Assembly: GCA_001643675.2 (NCBI GenBank)
Contig: LSRY02000058.1
Location: 372,001 to 436,000 of the forward strand
Reading direction: 5' to 3'
DNA: 64,000 bases
Source: Monocercomonoides exilis PA203
Taxonomy: Eukaryota; Protista; Preaxostyla
In this document: positions 36,952 through 50,777 of the stretch, one piece after another
How positions within the stretch are numbered: position 1 is the stretch's first letter
Layout of the letters: the number at the start of each line of letters is the position of its first letter
The notes under the pieces: generated by a model
Seen by the model: only the letters and a program-made list of their open reading frames with translations
Told to the model about the DNA's origin: nothing
The model's database searches: none
Program-made: the position numbers and the translations under genes

Positions 36952-37630
36952 AGTTTTAAAAAAATAAAGGGTTCATTTGGAAAACATAATAAATCTGAAT
37001 TATTTAATCTGAATAAGAAACGCAATAACTGAGTGCCTTTTGGTGTTTAAAAACAGTTCAATCTATCCACATTGATCAAATTAGCAAACAAAATTGTGGT
37101 TTTCAAATTCATAATTCTTTTCAAAAAACGAAATTGTTTTTTTGTTTTTGAATATTATAATTGTACGGTAAGCTTATAAGCTGAAACAAAGCATTCAGAC
37201 GTCATTTATTTGATGAAGTCAGAACCTTTTTGGAAGTGAAAGCTTTGAAATGAAAAATAAATGAATGGTAGAAACAAAGCTGTAAATATGATTTAAGAAT
37301 AGAAAAAAGAAAATAAGTAATATGTAAAAATAGTATAAAAACTTCGAGATGCATCAAAATATGGGAAAGACTTTACGAACAAAACTGATCAATAAAAATA
37401 AGACTGGACAACGTATAAATATTCAATGAAATGATCCAATCAAAAAGTCTTTTTTTGTGGTCAATCTCAAGCTCCATGAAAAAGCGGTATCTGTTTACAT
37501 ACACAAACGGCAAAACCAGTTCAAAACATCTCGTATAGAAACAAATGAATAAAGTTTTTATAAAAAAATAGAATATATAAGGCAAGAACAAGAAAGCCAT
37601 CAAAATAAATCCAAATAATCAAAATACCAT

Positions 37631-37919
37631 TTATATAAAATAAAGAATACGAAAGAAGGATAATGCAAAACTTAATAAATGTCTGTAAGAATGTAAAAAA
37701 TCCAAAATGAAGTTTATTTCTTGTTGACGAAAATGACACATCTCATATTTCCAAATAAGTTGTGCTAGTTTTATTCGTTTTCTGGAAATAAGCTCCAAAT
37801 ATGCCTCAACCTCAAAAAATCTTCCCAAATCACCAAAATCATTTAAAAAAATTGTTTCGTCAATAAATGCCTCCGTAATAGTTCTCTTCTCTTTGTTTTC
37901 TTCCTCTGATTCTTTTTTC
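37631..37919 (-). CDS. Orphan ATG-less coding exon (possible alternative CaMK C-terminus or a separate small gene)
   Basis: Open frame KKESEEENKEKRTITEAFIDETIFLNDFGDLGRFFEVEAYLEL... preceded by an acceptor-like ATTAAAG|G, 20 nt past the CaMK stop. Confidence 0.4.
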
Positions 37920-37941
37920 CTTTAATTCGATTTTAATGTAT

Positions 37942-39141
37942 TTATTGCTTTTTAGGCCTAAGAGAACTTCCGATCATCACTGCCATTCCAGCAGCCTTAA
38001 ACCTTCTTTTTGATCTTGCTTCAGTCAGTTTTTGATGTGCTGCGTCCAATTTGTGTGTCGGAAGTGCAACTGAAAACCATGGATGAGAAACAGCTTGCTC
38101 GGCTGTTAGCCTCTTTTTCGGATCTACAACAAGCAGTTTTGATATAAGATCTTTTGCTTCTGTGCTAATGGTATCCCAGTATGGCGAGGTGAATTCAAAT
38201 TTGCCCGATTGAATTTGCGCAAATAACGCTGCATCATTTTCATCATAAAACGGAGGGAATCCACAAAGAAGCACATAAAGAAGAACACCCATAGACCACA
38301 TATCAACCTCTGGACCATATCCAGCATACGATAACACCTCTGGAGCAACGTAGCCAGGTGTCCCACAGCACGTTTGCATCATCTTCTTCTTATCAACTAC
38401 CTTTGAAAGCCCAAAATCAGATATTTTTACAGCTGCGGTCGGTGCATCGGACTCATAAAGAATATTTTCGGGCTAATTACGAAGAAAAAACAAAGTAAGA
38501 AGGAAAGAATTAGACGATGTTTCAAACAAAAAGAACAGAAATTTCCACAAACCTTTAAGTCACGATGAGCAATATTCTTTGAGTGCAAATATCTTAATGC
38601 ATTGAATAATGAAAGCATCAGCAACGAAGCATCTCTCTCGGAATATGAGCCACGATCAACAATTTTATCAAAGAGTTCTCCACCAGTTGCAAGTTCAGTA
38701 ATAAGGCATAATTTATCATCTGTTTCGTAAACATCAAGGAGTCTGATGATATGAGGCTATCATAATTTAACAATTCATTCAACAATTACAACAAATAATT
38801 CATTGAAGACAAATATAAATAAAATTCAATTGCAAACATGTTTCAAGCTTTTCATAATATTGATCTCAGAAAAAAGAGAAGCTAATTGATGTTCATCCGA
38901 AATAATCTGACGCTTGTCAATAAATTTAATTGCAACATATTTTCCTGATGCTTTGTGACGAGCTTTCTTCACTTTTGCAAAATGTCCTTCTCCAAGAAGC
39001 TCCATGACTTCAAAGTTCTCCGTAAGATTGGATGGAACACCTTAAAAGTTAATAAATGCAAAATGAAGAATACCATGTATTCGTAACGACATAAAATTAT
39101 TTATTTAGCAAACCTTCGACGAGTTTTGGAAGTTTCGACAT
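37942..39141 (-). CDS. Ca2+/calmodulin-dependent protein kinase (CaMKI-like), 4 exons
   Basis: LGEGHFAKV, VAIKFIDK, ELATGGELFDKIVDRGSYSERDAS, HRDLK|PENILY, ISDFGLSK, TCCGTPGYVAPE, and a C-terminal RRFKAAGMAV CaM-binding-like helix. Confidence 0.95.
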
Positions 39142-39388
39142 GAGTTAACTTATCTTCAACTCTGATCGTTGTTGATCAAGACCTTTATTTACGAGTGTTG
39201 AAAAATAGAATGTTTTTTTATAAACTTTAGAAAGACTTCAAAATAATGTAAAAAAACTAGTCTTTATATCTATTCGATTATTTTCAGTAATAAAATAAAA
39301 GAAGTTCAACAATTGATCGCAAAACAAAAGTTTAAGGACAAATCAATGAACATTTCTCAATTATAAAATTAAACATAAAAGAGAATCA

Positions 39389-39991
39389 TCAAGTTTCGGA
39401 TTTATTAACTTTTGAAAGATAATCGTCACGTGCTTTACGAATAATTTGTTTCATCAAGTCAATTTCCTGAGAATTGATAAAATCAAAGATGAAAAAACTA
39501 TAAAAAAGAAACGTACGATTTTGACTTTGTTTTTTGCTTGCTCTTCATATGAAATAATATCTTGTTTTAAAATTTTAGTTGATGATGAAGTGTGTGATGA
39601 TGATTGTTCTTCAAGTTCAGATGTTGAAATTCCAACTTGAGAAGGGTTTTCTGATATGTACATAACAAAATTTGAAGTGATATTACACAAAAGTGAAAAG
39701 TTTTTTGAAATAGTTTAAAATCAAAAAATGAAGAGCTTTCAAACTGAGCGTTGATATCATATCTTCAATTGCAATTTTTGCTGTTGACTCATCAATCGAT
39801 AATCCTTCAGCAAGTTTTGATACAGTTTCGTCTATATCAGGATCATTAGTGAGAGAAATTATTTCTTTTGTCACAGAAGAAAGCAAAGAGACTAAATTTG
39901 CTTCATCCTCTGCATCCGTTGGGGGATTTGTAATACCAAGTTCCTTAAATAATTCTTGAGGAGATAATTTCTCTTCTGAAGATTCTGTCAT
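39389..39991 (-). CDS. Small acidic hypothetical protein (3 exons)
   Basis: MTESSEEKLSPQELF..., ENPSQVGIS..., and last exon EIDLMKQIIRKARDDYLSKVNKSET*, separated by short AT-rich introns. Confidence 0.6.
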
Positions 39992-40494
39992 GTGTTTTTT
40001 ATCCAGTTTTTTATGAAGAAAATTTATTTTGGGCGTTGATCGACAATTTTCTATTTTTGTTACTTGAACAAAATGAAATAAAATAAATAAAAATCAAATT
40101 TAAATTAAAATTTAAAAATATAACACATTTCGTTCAAAGAGTTTCAAAATGAACAAGTTTCCGCGATACAATTCAAACGTTGAAAACAAAATTTATTGAA
40201 AATTATTTAATTTAAAAAAAGTGCAACAAAAAAAGGAAAATGATAAAATTGAAACAAAAATGCTTGAAAGTTCTTCGCAAAAGAAGAAGAAAAATTGATT
40301 AAAAGAATATGTGGAAAATGAGAAAATGAAAGAATGTCACGAAAAAGATAAAAATAATATGTTTATGAAATAAAAAATTATTATTTTAAAAAAAGAACAA
40401 TTTCATTAAACAAGAAACCTGAAAATAAACACTCATTATTTTCACATAGATTTTTTAACATATTTTATTTTTATTTATTTATTTATTTATTTTT

Positions 40495-42439
40495 TCAATC
40501 TAAAAACGGATCGCTAAACAGAACGTCGTCATCTCCGTTTATAATTGTCTGCTTCTTCACCTTTTCTGTTTTTTTCCTCATTTCTTTGAATTTCTGATTC
40601 CCTTTCTTTGCAAACTTTCTGTTTCTGAAGATTATCACAGCAGGAACAGCCAGAACAATCACAAACACACTCACTCCCACTGCAATCGCTGCTGCCATCA
40701 CATTCTTCCTCTGGCTGAATCCAACCACTGACAATTTAATTCCCCCTTCCGACCATGTTATCCCTTGATCACAAGAGACGAATAAATAATACTCATTATG
40801 GATTGTGGTGTCGATGGCGAGAAAGGGAATTTCGGACTGGATTTCTAAGTGGTCGACGCTGAGGCCGCTGTGGGAATAGAAAGGGACAGCAGGGAAGAAG
40901 AGATAAGGAGGAGAGGAAGAGAAGAGAGAAAGAGGGGTGTTGGTGGAAGATGAATATGAAGAAGAAGATGATGATGAAGATGATGAAGATGATGAATTTG
41001 ATGAATTTGATGAATGTATAGAAGAAGATGATGATGAAATAAATGAAGATGAAGAAGAAGATGATGATGATGAAATTGATTTAATACGCAAATAACGAGA
41101 AAGATAACTTTGTAATGGTGAAATAATCCAATTCTTTATAAATACTTTTCCTTTTCTTTCTCCAAAGTTCCTTTCTCTTTCTTCATTTCTTTCTAGTTTT
41201 CCCTTCTGAAAAACCACAAATTGTGTCTGAGGCTTGATATTTTTGTGAGAAATAGCGATGATTGGGGAAATATCAGCGATATTCAAGCCAGAAATGGAGA
41301 AAGGAGGAAAGAAAGGATAAGAATTGAGGTTGATTTGGGTGATGTTGGAGACGAGATTGAAAGGAGGGGGAATGCCACATTTCGCATAGAGAGTTGGGGG
41401 AAGAGGAGGGGAGGAGGAAGAGGAAGAATAATTAGAATAAGAAGAAGAGGAAAGAGAAGAAGAATAAGAAGAAGATATAAAATTACTTGAAAGTTCTTCT
41501 TCGATGTGGCTGTGACAACTCAAGTCGCACAAAAGTCTCAAATTCTGTGCATCATTCAACATTCCAAATGTTCTGTATTCTTCTTCTTCTATTTGATTAA
41601 TTTCATTAAACTTACCATTATTATTATTATTATTAACACAATTGCTATCATTAAAATCACATTTTGAGATCTCACCCAACATTTTTCTCAACTTTTGCAT
41701 TTTTTGCATTTTTTGCATTTTCATAATTTTCCTCGAATTAATTCCGATGTTCAGTTCGCTTTCTGCGCACGCGCCGTCAAGCGGAAATACGCTTTTATTC
41801 TTCTTTTTGTGGTTCTTTTCGAAGGAAGACTCAAAAACATTCACTTTTGCTCCTCTTTCTGTTCTGATGGCGCCATCTGAATTGTTCTCAAACACACATT
41901 GTTCGATGTTGGTGACAAGAGAAGGAGATACACCTGGATTGATTGAAATCTCTGGAATTTCTGTGTTTTCTGTTGTTTTTATTTTTTCTCCTTCTCCTTC
42001 TCTTCTTTCTTCTTCTCTTCTTTTTTCTTCTCTTCTTTCTTCTCCTCTTTCTCTTTGTTTTCCATTGATTTTACTTAAATTCATTGATTTCTCATCTTTT
42101 TCATCTTTTTCATCTTTTTCATCTTTTTCATCATCATTTTCTAAATCATAACCATTTCTTTCCTTTTTCTTATTAAACATTTCGTTTTCATTCATTTTTC
42201 TTTCCTTTTTGAATTTTGTTTGAGATAAAAGAGAGTTTCCAACGATGACAACACCACCACCACATGCTGCTGAACTCCACACGAAAGAAGAAGAAGATGA
42301 TGATGATGATGATGATAGAGAAGAGGAAGAAGAGGAGGAATGAGAAGAAGAAGACAAAGAATGAATAACACCTGTTGGGTTATTGTGCATAGAAAAAAGA
42401 CGAGCAAGCATTTGATGTCTGTAAAGAATGTTTGAAGAG

Positions 42440-42471
<32 letters not shown>

Positions 42472-42922
42472 AGAAGTTTTCAAGTTAATCATATTCCATT
42501 TGTGTGAATGGGTTGTTTCAGAAGAAGGGCAAATGTTTTGTCTGAACACAGAATTGCTGATTGAAACAAGAACGTCTTTCTTTTTCGCTGTTTCCATTGA
42601 ATTTCTTGTTGTTTGATGATTCATCTTCAAAGAAGATAATGAATTTTCGTTTTTTTCTTTTTCTTCTCCTTCTCCTTCTCCTCTTCCTTCTTCTCTTTCT
42701 CCTTCTCCTTCTCTTTCTCTTTCTCTTTCTCTTTCTCTTTCTCTTTCCATTTCTTCTTCTTCTTCTTCATTGATCATCCACAAAACAGCCCCTCCTCCAA
42801 ATTCTTCTGCTTTGTTGTTGGAAAACTCCACATTTTTGAAGGAAATTGCGTTTGATTCAGAAGACGACTCAGTTGATGAGAAGGAAGAGAAGGAAGAGAA
42901 GGAGGAAGAGGAGGAAGAGGAG

Positions 42923-42960
<38 letters not shown>

Positions 42961-45900
42961 AGAAGGAGGAGGAGGAGGAGGAGAAGGAGAAGGAGAAGGA
43001 GAAGAAGAAGAAGATGATGATGATGATGAATTGTATAATGATGATAAAGATGATGATGACAAAGAAGAAGAAGAAAGAGAAGAAGAAGAAGAATTTTTTT
43101 TCCACAACGCGTCCTTTTCTCTTATTGGTGAATGGACAAATATAAACACAGCTCCTCCAAAAGAAGAAGAGCAACGACGAAAGAAGGAAGAGTCAACAAC
43201 AAATGGGAATGAAGCACTGGATGAGAAAAAGAAGGGGAGATATAGATCAGAGGAAGAAGAGGAAGAGGAGGAGGAGGAGGAAGAAGAGGAGGATGGGAAG
43301 AAAGAAGAAGAAGAAGAAAGAGAAGAAGAAGAAAGAGAAGAAGAAGAACATTTCATTTGATTTTTCCCTTTGAGTCTTCCAAAAATAGCTCCGCCAGCCA
43401 CTTTTGCAGAGCATTCAGTGAAGATCGATGAAGCATGGATGTAAATGGTCTGTTTGCTGTCATCTTCATCTTCTTCTTCTTTGTCATTTCCATTTGGATT
43501 ATTGATATTATTATTATTATTATTATTGTATTTTTCTTCTTCCTCCTCTCTTCTTCCTCTTCCTCTTCCTCTTCCTCTTTCTCCTCCTCCTCTTCCATTT
43601 CTTCCTCTTCTCCCTCTCTCCTTCTTCTCCTTCTCCTTCTCCTTCTCCTTCTCCTTCTCCTTCTCCTCTCCCACCCCAACCCCATCAAAATACATGCCCC
43701 CACCCTTCTCCTCTGCCACACAGTATTCAAAGGAGGTGTTCGCCATCATCACTTCCTGTGTCTTCTTTGACAAATACATCCCTCCCCCACACAAAGCAGA
43801 GCAAACACGAAATTTTGTGGAGGTTAAAAATAGCTTTAAAACATGGCCAGAGAAGATGCAGCCGCCAATTGGAGAAGAGGAGTGGATGTGGTGGAAGAGG
43901 CTGGCATGGCTGAGGGGGCTGGGGTTGGGAGAGGAGGAGGAGGGGGAAGAAGAAGAAGAAGAAGAAGAAGGGGAAGAAGAAGAAGGGGAAGAAGTGAAAG
44001 AAGGGAAAGAAGAAGAAGATGATGATGATGATGATGTTAAATGATTCTTCTCTTCTTTCTTCCCTGCATCAATATTAGAATCATAAACAGAATCAGAGTC
44101 AAATAAATGCCACATTTCATTCCCATCAAAACTTCTATTTGTTTCATCGTTCCTCAAAGATGTCTTGAACATAGGTGCAAATGTGACAATTGAGCATCGT
44201 TCAATGTAGACAGCTGATGTTGAACTTATTCTTCCTTCTTCTTCTTCTTTTGCTTCTTCTTCTTCTTCTTCTTTCTCTGCTTCATCATCATCATCATCAA
44301 CTTCTTCTTCTTTTTCTATGTATTCTTCTTCATATTCTTCGATATATTCTTCTTTATTATTATTATAACCATCTTCTTTATCTGTCATAGATCCATCTTT
44401 ATCATCCTCTTTAATATGACTAGATTTTGCTATAACACACTTTTTCTCTCCATCTTCATTATTCCCTATCATTTTTGCTCCTCTTTTCATTTCTTTATTT
44501 ATTTCTTTATTTATTTCCTTGTTCATTCTATAATTGACTTTCTTATTTATTTCCTTCTTCTCTTTCTTCTTCTCTTTATTCCCCCTTTCTCCATCTATTT
44601 CGCTGCTGAAGCTGCATCCTCTGAATATCGCTATTGATTGCTTCAAATCTGCATAGTTCAGCTCGATGTCTATATACACCACATCTCCTTTTCCATTCAC
44701 ATTGTCTTCTTCTTCTCCTTCTTCTCCTTCTTCTTCTTTAAAATTATTATCTTTTTCTTCTTTTTCTTTATAATAACTATTATTCACTTCTTCTTCTTTC
44801 TTCTTCTCCTCCTCCTCCTCCCTCTCCCCTTCCTTTTCAATTATTCCTTCATCATTCTCCTTCTTCTTCTCCCTCTCATTCCTTTCATTCCTCTCCTTCT
44901 TCTCCTTCCTCTCCTTCTTCTCATCCTTCCTCACATTCTTCCTCTCCCTCTCCTCCACGTAGCATCCTTGGAATGAGCAGTTTGTGAATGCAGCTGATCT
45001 CTTTGCCACAACAGCGCCGCCAGAAGAGGAAGAAGAGCAGCCGATGAAGAAAGCAGAGGAAATGTTGATGATGTTAATGATTGGGTCAGCGTTGGGATGA
45101 AGAGGAGAGGAGGAGAAGGAGGAAGAGGAAGAGGAGGAGGAAGAAGAGGAGGAAGAAGAGGAGGAAGAAGAAGAAGATGATGATGATGATGAATTAGATG
45201 AATTAGAAGAATAAGAAGAAGATGATGATGATGAAGAAGAAGAAGATAATTTTCCAAATTCTTCAGAATGAATTGGCAAGAGTGTAATGGCTCCTCCAAA
45301 TAATTCGCAATTTGACCCGCAAAAACCATCAGGAAAACGAGAAATGCAACTTCTGAAGAACACTTTTGTGAGACTGACAATACAAACAGATGAAGAAGAA
45401 GGAAGAGGAGAAAGAGAAGAAGAAAAAGTAGAAGAGGAAGAGGAAGAATTATCATGAATATCACAATTATTATTATTTCTTAATGAAATAGAAGAAGAAG
45501 AAGAAGAATAAGAAGAAGGAATAACCAAAGTGCTTCCACCAAACGAGGTGATGTTTGTGAATTCCACTCCATCCAGACGGATCTCTTTGACAGAAGAGAA
45601 GCAGACAGCTGAGGAGCAGAAGGAAGAAGGAGAAGAAGAAGAAGAAGAAAGAGAAGGAGAAGAAGAAGAAGAAGAAAGAGAAGGAGAAGAAGAAGAATAA
45701 CATCTTCCCCCTCCTTCCCTCTCCCTTCTCCACTCCATCACCTCCTTCGAACAGCACGTGTGAGCACTGAATGAAGACAGCACCTCGTTCTCATAGTCAA
45801 TCGGCATAGACGCAACCTGCGCCACATTCACCCCTTTCATCAGCACCATCGCCCTTTCAGTGGCAATTCTACTGTCTGAATGTGTCTGTGAAGAAGATCC

Positions 45901-47481
45901 AGTGAACGAGCAGCCTGTCACAGCCGCATTCACATCGATGCTCCCGGCGTCGTTCTGAAGATGCACAAACAGACCGCATTCAGTGAGTGGTGTGTTTAAT
46001 GCAGGTGATGTGTATTTGGAGGAAATTTTGGTTTCTTTTGAAGTGGTTGGAGAAGAGAAAGAAGAAATGTGAGAAAGTTCTGTTGGTTTCTCATCGAATG
46101 CAACGGTGCTAAAATCACAGCTGCGGATAAGCACTAGGCATACATCTTCTTCTCCTCCTCCTTCTCCTTCTCCTCCTTCTCCTTCTCCTTTGCTAATATT
46201 ATTTCTTCCTCTTCCTCTATTTCTTCCTCTGCTGCTTCTTCCTTTTCTTCTGTTACTTTTATCATCATTTCCACTCTCTTCTGGCTCAAACACAGCAAAT
46301 ATGGCTATCTGTGAGTCGATCTCTATCAGTCCATTCCCATCGCCCTGTGTAACCGTCTGGTGCTGGTTGATTCTGAAGTTAACGTGGTTGAGCCGAACAA
46401 GCGATGGGTTTCGGAGAAATATGCAGCAGTCGGACGGAGAAACAGAACTCCCTTTGTTTTCTGCCTGGACGGGCTGCTGGGCGTTGAGGGGATTTTCCTG
46501 TTGAGACAGGGAGTGTTCTGATGGAGGGGGCAAAGCAGCACAAGTGTCGAATGTTCCATATGCCAAATACACTGTTGACTGATCGTCAGTGAAAATTGTG
46601 GCTCCTGAGAGCTTTTTGATTCTGAATCCGTCCATTTTCAGATCAGAGTCTGTCAGGTCGAAGAGCGGCCTTTCAAAATTTGCAATGACTGTGAGGTTCT
46701 TTATAGCGCACGAGCTGCTTTTTGTGAGACGCAGAATGGGAGTTTTATACTCAACTGATGCATCATCGTTCAGAATTTGCAATGATTCGATAATAGAATT
46801 ATTCATAAAAATATGAAAAGCATCATGTGCATCAGAGTTTCCGTTATGCTGATAAGAGCTATAATTTTGATCCACAAAAATTTTAATGTGTTCTATTTTT
46901 GAAGATTCAAATGAAAAAGGGAAAAACGTATCTAAAGGATCAAAACTTTATGCAACAAAAAATAAAACAAAGATCTTGCACACTGTAAAACGATACATGC
47001 TTTGTAACAATTCCAGCCAAATTAACTTGTGAACATTCTTGTAACAACAATATTCCACCATGAACTTCTTCAAATATTATATTTTTCAAAGTAAGACTAA
47101 ATTTTATTGATAAATATTCAACGAAAAAAATGAAATATTTTCATACGTTGAAATATATCTGAAAGAAAAAATAACCCCAATGTTTGCTGAATTTTGAGAA
47201 ATAACTGATTCACCATTTATTGGTGCTAAGCAAAGATTGGACAAATCAACTTCCAAAGAAATAGGAATAAAATCATTAAATTTTTCATCGCTTTTCAGAA
47301 TTATGAATGTTCCATTCTGTAGTTGTTGGAAAACAAATTGAAAAGACTTGCAAGCATGGGTCGAATTCTCCTGAACGCATTCGTCATTATCAATCCCAGA
47401 TAGTGGCGCAACTGTAACATTATGCATTTTTTCATCAGAAAATGCTAATTGTATAAAATAAAAAATGCTGAATAAAAGCAT
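40495..47481 (-). CDS. Large type-I membrane protein with Pmp-like beta-helix (GGA-I/V) repeats interrupted by low-complexity tracts
   Basis: Signal peptide MLLFSIFYFIQLAFS (ATG 47481), cap VAPLSGIDNDEC..ACKS, small 5' exons, then the 2126-aa ORF with FGGAI, SGGAV, CGGGMY, KGGGMY, AGGAIF, FGGAVF; C-terminal TM AAAIAVGVSVFVIVLAVPAVIIF followed by a basic tail. Confidence 0.8.
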
Positions 47482-47798
47482 TTCTGATGAAAGATAATAC
47501 ACAACAATTAAAAAATTAGAATGGTTCATTATCTTTTGGAAAAAAAAATGATGACAACAGTGACGCTTAAATATGAAATGTTCTGCAAAACAAAAAATAA
47601 ATTTATCAAACAATAATTTTTTAATTATTTTTCATCATATTTACTTCTTTCATTCTATATTTGGTGCCCACAGAGATTTTAAATAATTCCAATGTTATTT
47701 GTATTATTTTTGCATAATAAATCTTTCCATTTTCAATGAAATAACTTGAAAGATTTTTGTCTTCCCATTATCGAAGCAAAATTGAATCAAGAACAAAA

Positions 47799-50207
47799 AT
47801 GCATGTTAATGCAAAAAATGTTGTAAGTCTTTGCTTCGGTTTGCCCAAACTATTTATAAGATTTGTTTATGTTGAATATTCGATATGTTTATTGATTTTA
47901 GTGCTCATGTTCTTTGAGTCTTTATTTTCAATCTATCTTGAATACAGACGAATTAGAAAGGTGTGAAACGTATTAATTTTTGTTATATCATATGCATTTG
48001 TCTTTATAGCAAAGAGATGCAAGAATTCCAAAGTATTTTGCTCAAGTGTTAAGTCAAGAAGAATATGACAAAAGTCGGGCATATATAACTGTTAGAGCGT
48101 TTGTAATTGTTGAATGTCTTTTTGTGGAACATTATTTGATTCGTTTTATTATAGCAAACTATCAATTTTAAAAGAAATTCTTTCTGCAGTTGAGCTTTTT
48201 GTTGTTGTATATTTCAAATTATATGTTATTATGTGGAACCTATCGGAACGAATAGCTTTTTCATTTGGATTTAACAAAGACTCGGAGATTCTGATTTCTA
48301 TCATTTTTATGATACTAACAGAGTTGCTTTCAAATGTAATAAGCATACCAGTATCTTACTTTGAAACATTTAATATTGAAGCTAAATTCAATTTTAACAA
48401 GCAGACTCGAAAGGTTTCAATTTTTCGTTTTTAAAAATGAATGTTTCTTTAACTTCTTTTCGATAATTTTTATGAAACGGCAACGAAATGTCATTCTTTG
48501 AAATAATTTTTGAAATAGATGTTTTTTGTTGATTTAATTAAAATGCAACTTGTTTCGATTGTAACTGATATACCCATATTTGCATTTATCTTGTGGGTAT
48601 TCAAGCATCGTCCAGGAGGTGACAAATATTGGCTGATTGCATATATTGTGTTTATGATATTTTTCATTCTGATGCAATCGGTCTATCAAAAAGTGATTAT
48701 GCCAATGTTCAATAAATTCACTCCGCTGACGGATGAAGAGATTGCGCCAGCGATCAAAGAGTTTTGCGAGCGGTGCAACTTCGCTGTGAAAGATGTGTTT
48801 GAGATTGATGGCTCTCGGAGATCATCGAAGTCAAATGCGTTTTTCGTTGGGCTCTTTGGGAAGAAAGAGGTTGTGTTGTACGACACACTGCTTGACATGG
48901 TTCGGAAGGATAAGCTTATCGAAAAGGAACACATACTGGCAGTGTTAGGACACGAAATCGGACATGCAAAGCATCATGGTTTGCTTAACGCTTTAATGAT
49001 TTGTTTTGTTTTTATTTTTATTTTTATTTTTTTTTTTTGGAATGGCTAAATAATGATTTTACTTGAATGTTATTATTTCCGATTTCTTTACTGATGACTA
49101 ACAAATTTTTTTCTATGTTTCTTTGTAATGCATTGATGCTTACAGATATTTGGAAGATGATTGGAATGTATGGAGCGATGTTTTTGTTTATGTTCTATGC
49201 GTTTTCGAAGACTGTGGATTCTCCTGAGATTCATGCTGTATTCGGCTTTGAAGAAAAACATGTGTGTTTTGCCCGTCTGTTTTCATTTGAGAGGGAAAAT
49301 AAATGAGTAACAAATGTGAAATTTTGAGATATTTTAGCCAAAATAATTCGATTTATTGTGTTTTAATGTTATTGTTCAATAATACATAAATTTCTTCATT
49401 TGAAAAAACTTTTTTGTGAATTCTTCTTCTTTTCTCTCCAGACAATTGTTGGATTTATGGCATTTATGACTCTTGTGTATCCGCTTCTGTCCATTTTGAG
49501 TGCTCTGTCAAATCCAATTAGTCGCAGCTTCGAATATCAGGCAGACAAATATTCACACGATATGGGGTATAATTTTGATTATTTATTTTTTTATTATAAT
49601 GAAAAAATTATTGTTTTGTATTCTTCATTTTTATGTTTATTTATTTATTTATTTTTTCAATTGATTGATAATTCTATTTTTTAATTATTGACTTTACAAA
49701 TTCGTGCATTCGAACATAAATTCCTTTTGAAATTTCATTTTCTAAACCTTCTTCGAAATCTATTTGAACAATTAATCTCATTTAGATGTGACATAGGGAC
49801 TCCTCTTGTTGTCTTATCGACAGAAAACTTGTTGGATTTTAACCCTGATCCAATGTTTGCATTCCTTTATTTGTAATTAATTTATTTGCAAATCTTGATT
49901 ATTTTATTTTTTATTTATTTATTTATTTATATTTGTTATGAAAATCATTTCAATTTTGATGAAATGAAATGAACTTTTGACTTTTCTTTACGTTTTTAGC
50001 CATTCATTTTACTATAATTCGCATCCAAGTCTGTCAGAACGTTTGAAAGCGTTGAATTGGGTTGCACCTGAAGGAATTAAGGAGAAAAGATTGAAGGCCA
50101 AGGCTCTAAAGAAAGAGCGAGAAGAAAAGGAAGAGGCGGAAAAGCAGGAAAAAATCAAGAAAATGAAAGAAGGCTTAACAAAAAAAGAAAAAGATGATGA
50201 TTTGTAA
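47799..50207 (+). CDS. STE24: CAAX prenyl protease 1 (peptidase M48, STE24/ZMPSTE24), multi-exon
   Basis: FNIEAKFNFNKQT, MPMFNKFTPL, DGSRRSSKSNAFF, VVLYDTL, AVLGHEIGH (HExxH), SRSFEYQAD, SHPSLSERLKAL. Confidence 0.95.
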
Positions 50208-50534
50208 GCTGCAATCAAGAAAACATAATGTTGGGTGAGGAACTTTTATAAAAACCATTCAAAAATTGTTGAATTTTCGATTTTTTTTTCGAAATGTTGT
50301 TTAAAACATTTCGAAAGCAAAAGGAATAACAGACTTTATACCTGTTTATTTTTTTTTCACCACAACGTAATGTCAGCAAAACGAATAATCACTTAATATT
50401 TTGAAATTATCAGTGAATGTCAAATACTTATTTGTGTTTCAATATGAATTTTTTTGGAGATAAAGAAGAATTGAAATTTTATTTTTAACTTTTCATAATT
50501 GAACGTTCTTTATTGAAAATTGGAAATTATTCTT

Positions 50535-50566
<32 letters not shown>

Positions 50567-50578
50567 TCTCTCGGTTTC

Positions 50579-50615
<37 letters not shown>

Positions 50616-50777
50616 TTGTTGTTGTTGTTGTTGTTTCTTCACTTCGCTTTGATAAATCAGGATCATAAATCACTTTTTAAACAAACATTTGAAAATAAAT
50701 TTTTGTATCGTTTTGTGAATTGAATAAAAAAAGAGAAAGAGAAATTGTGAATCATGAATTCTAAGCATCTCATTTTC

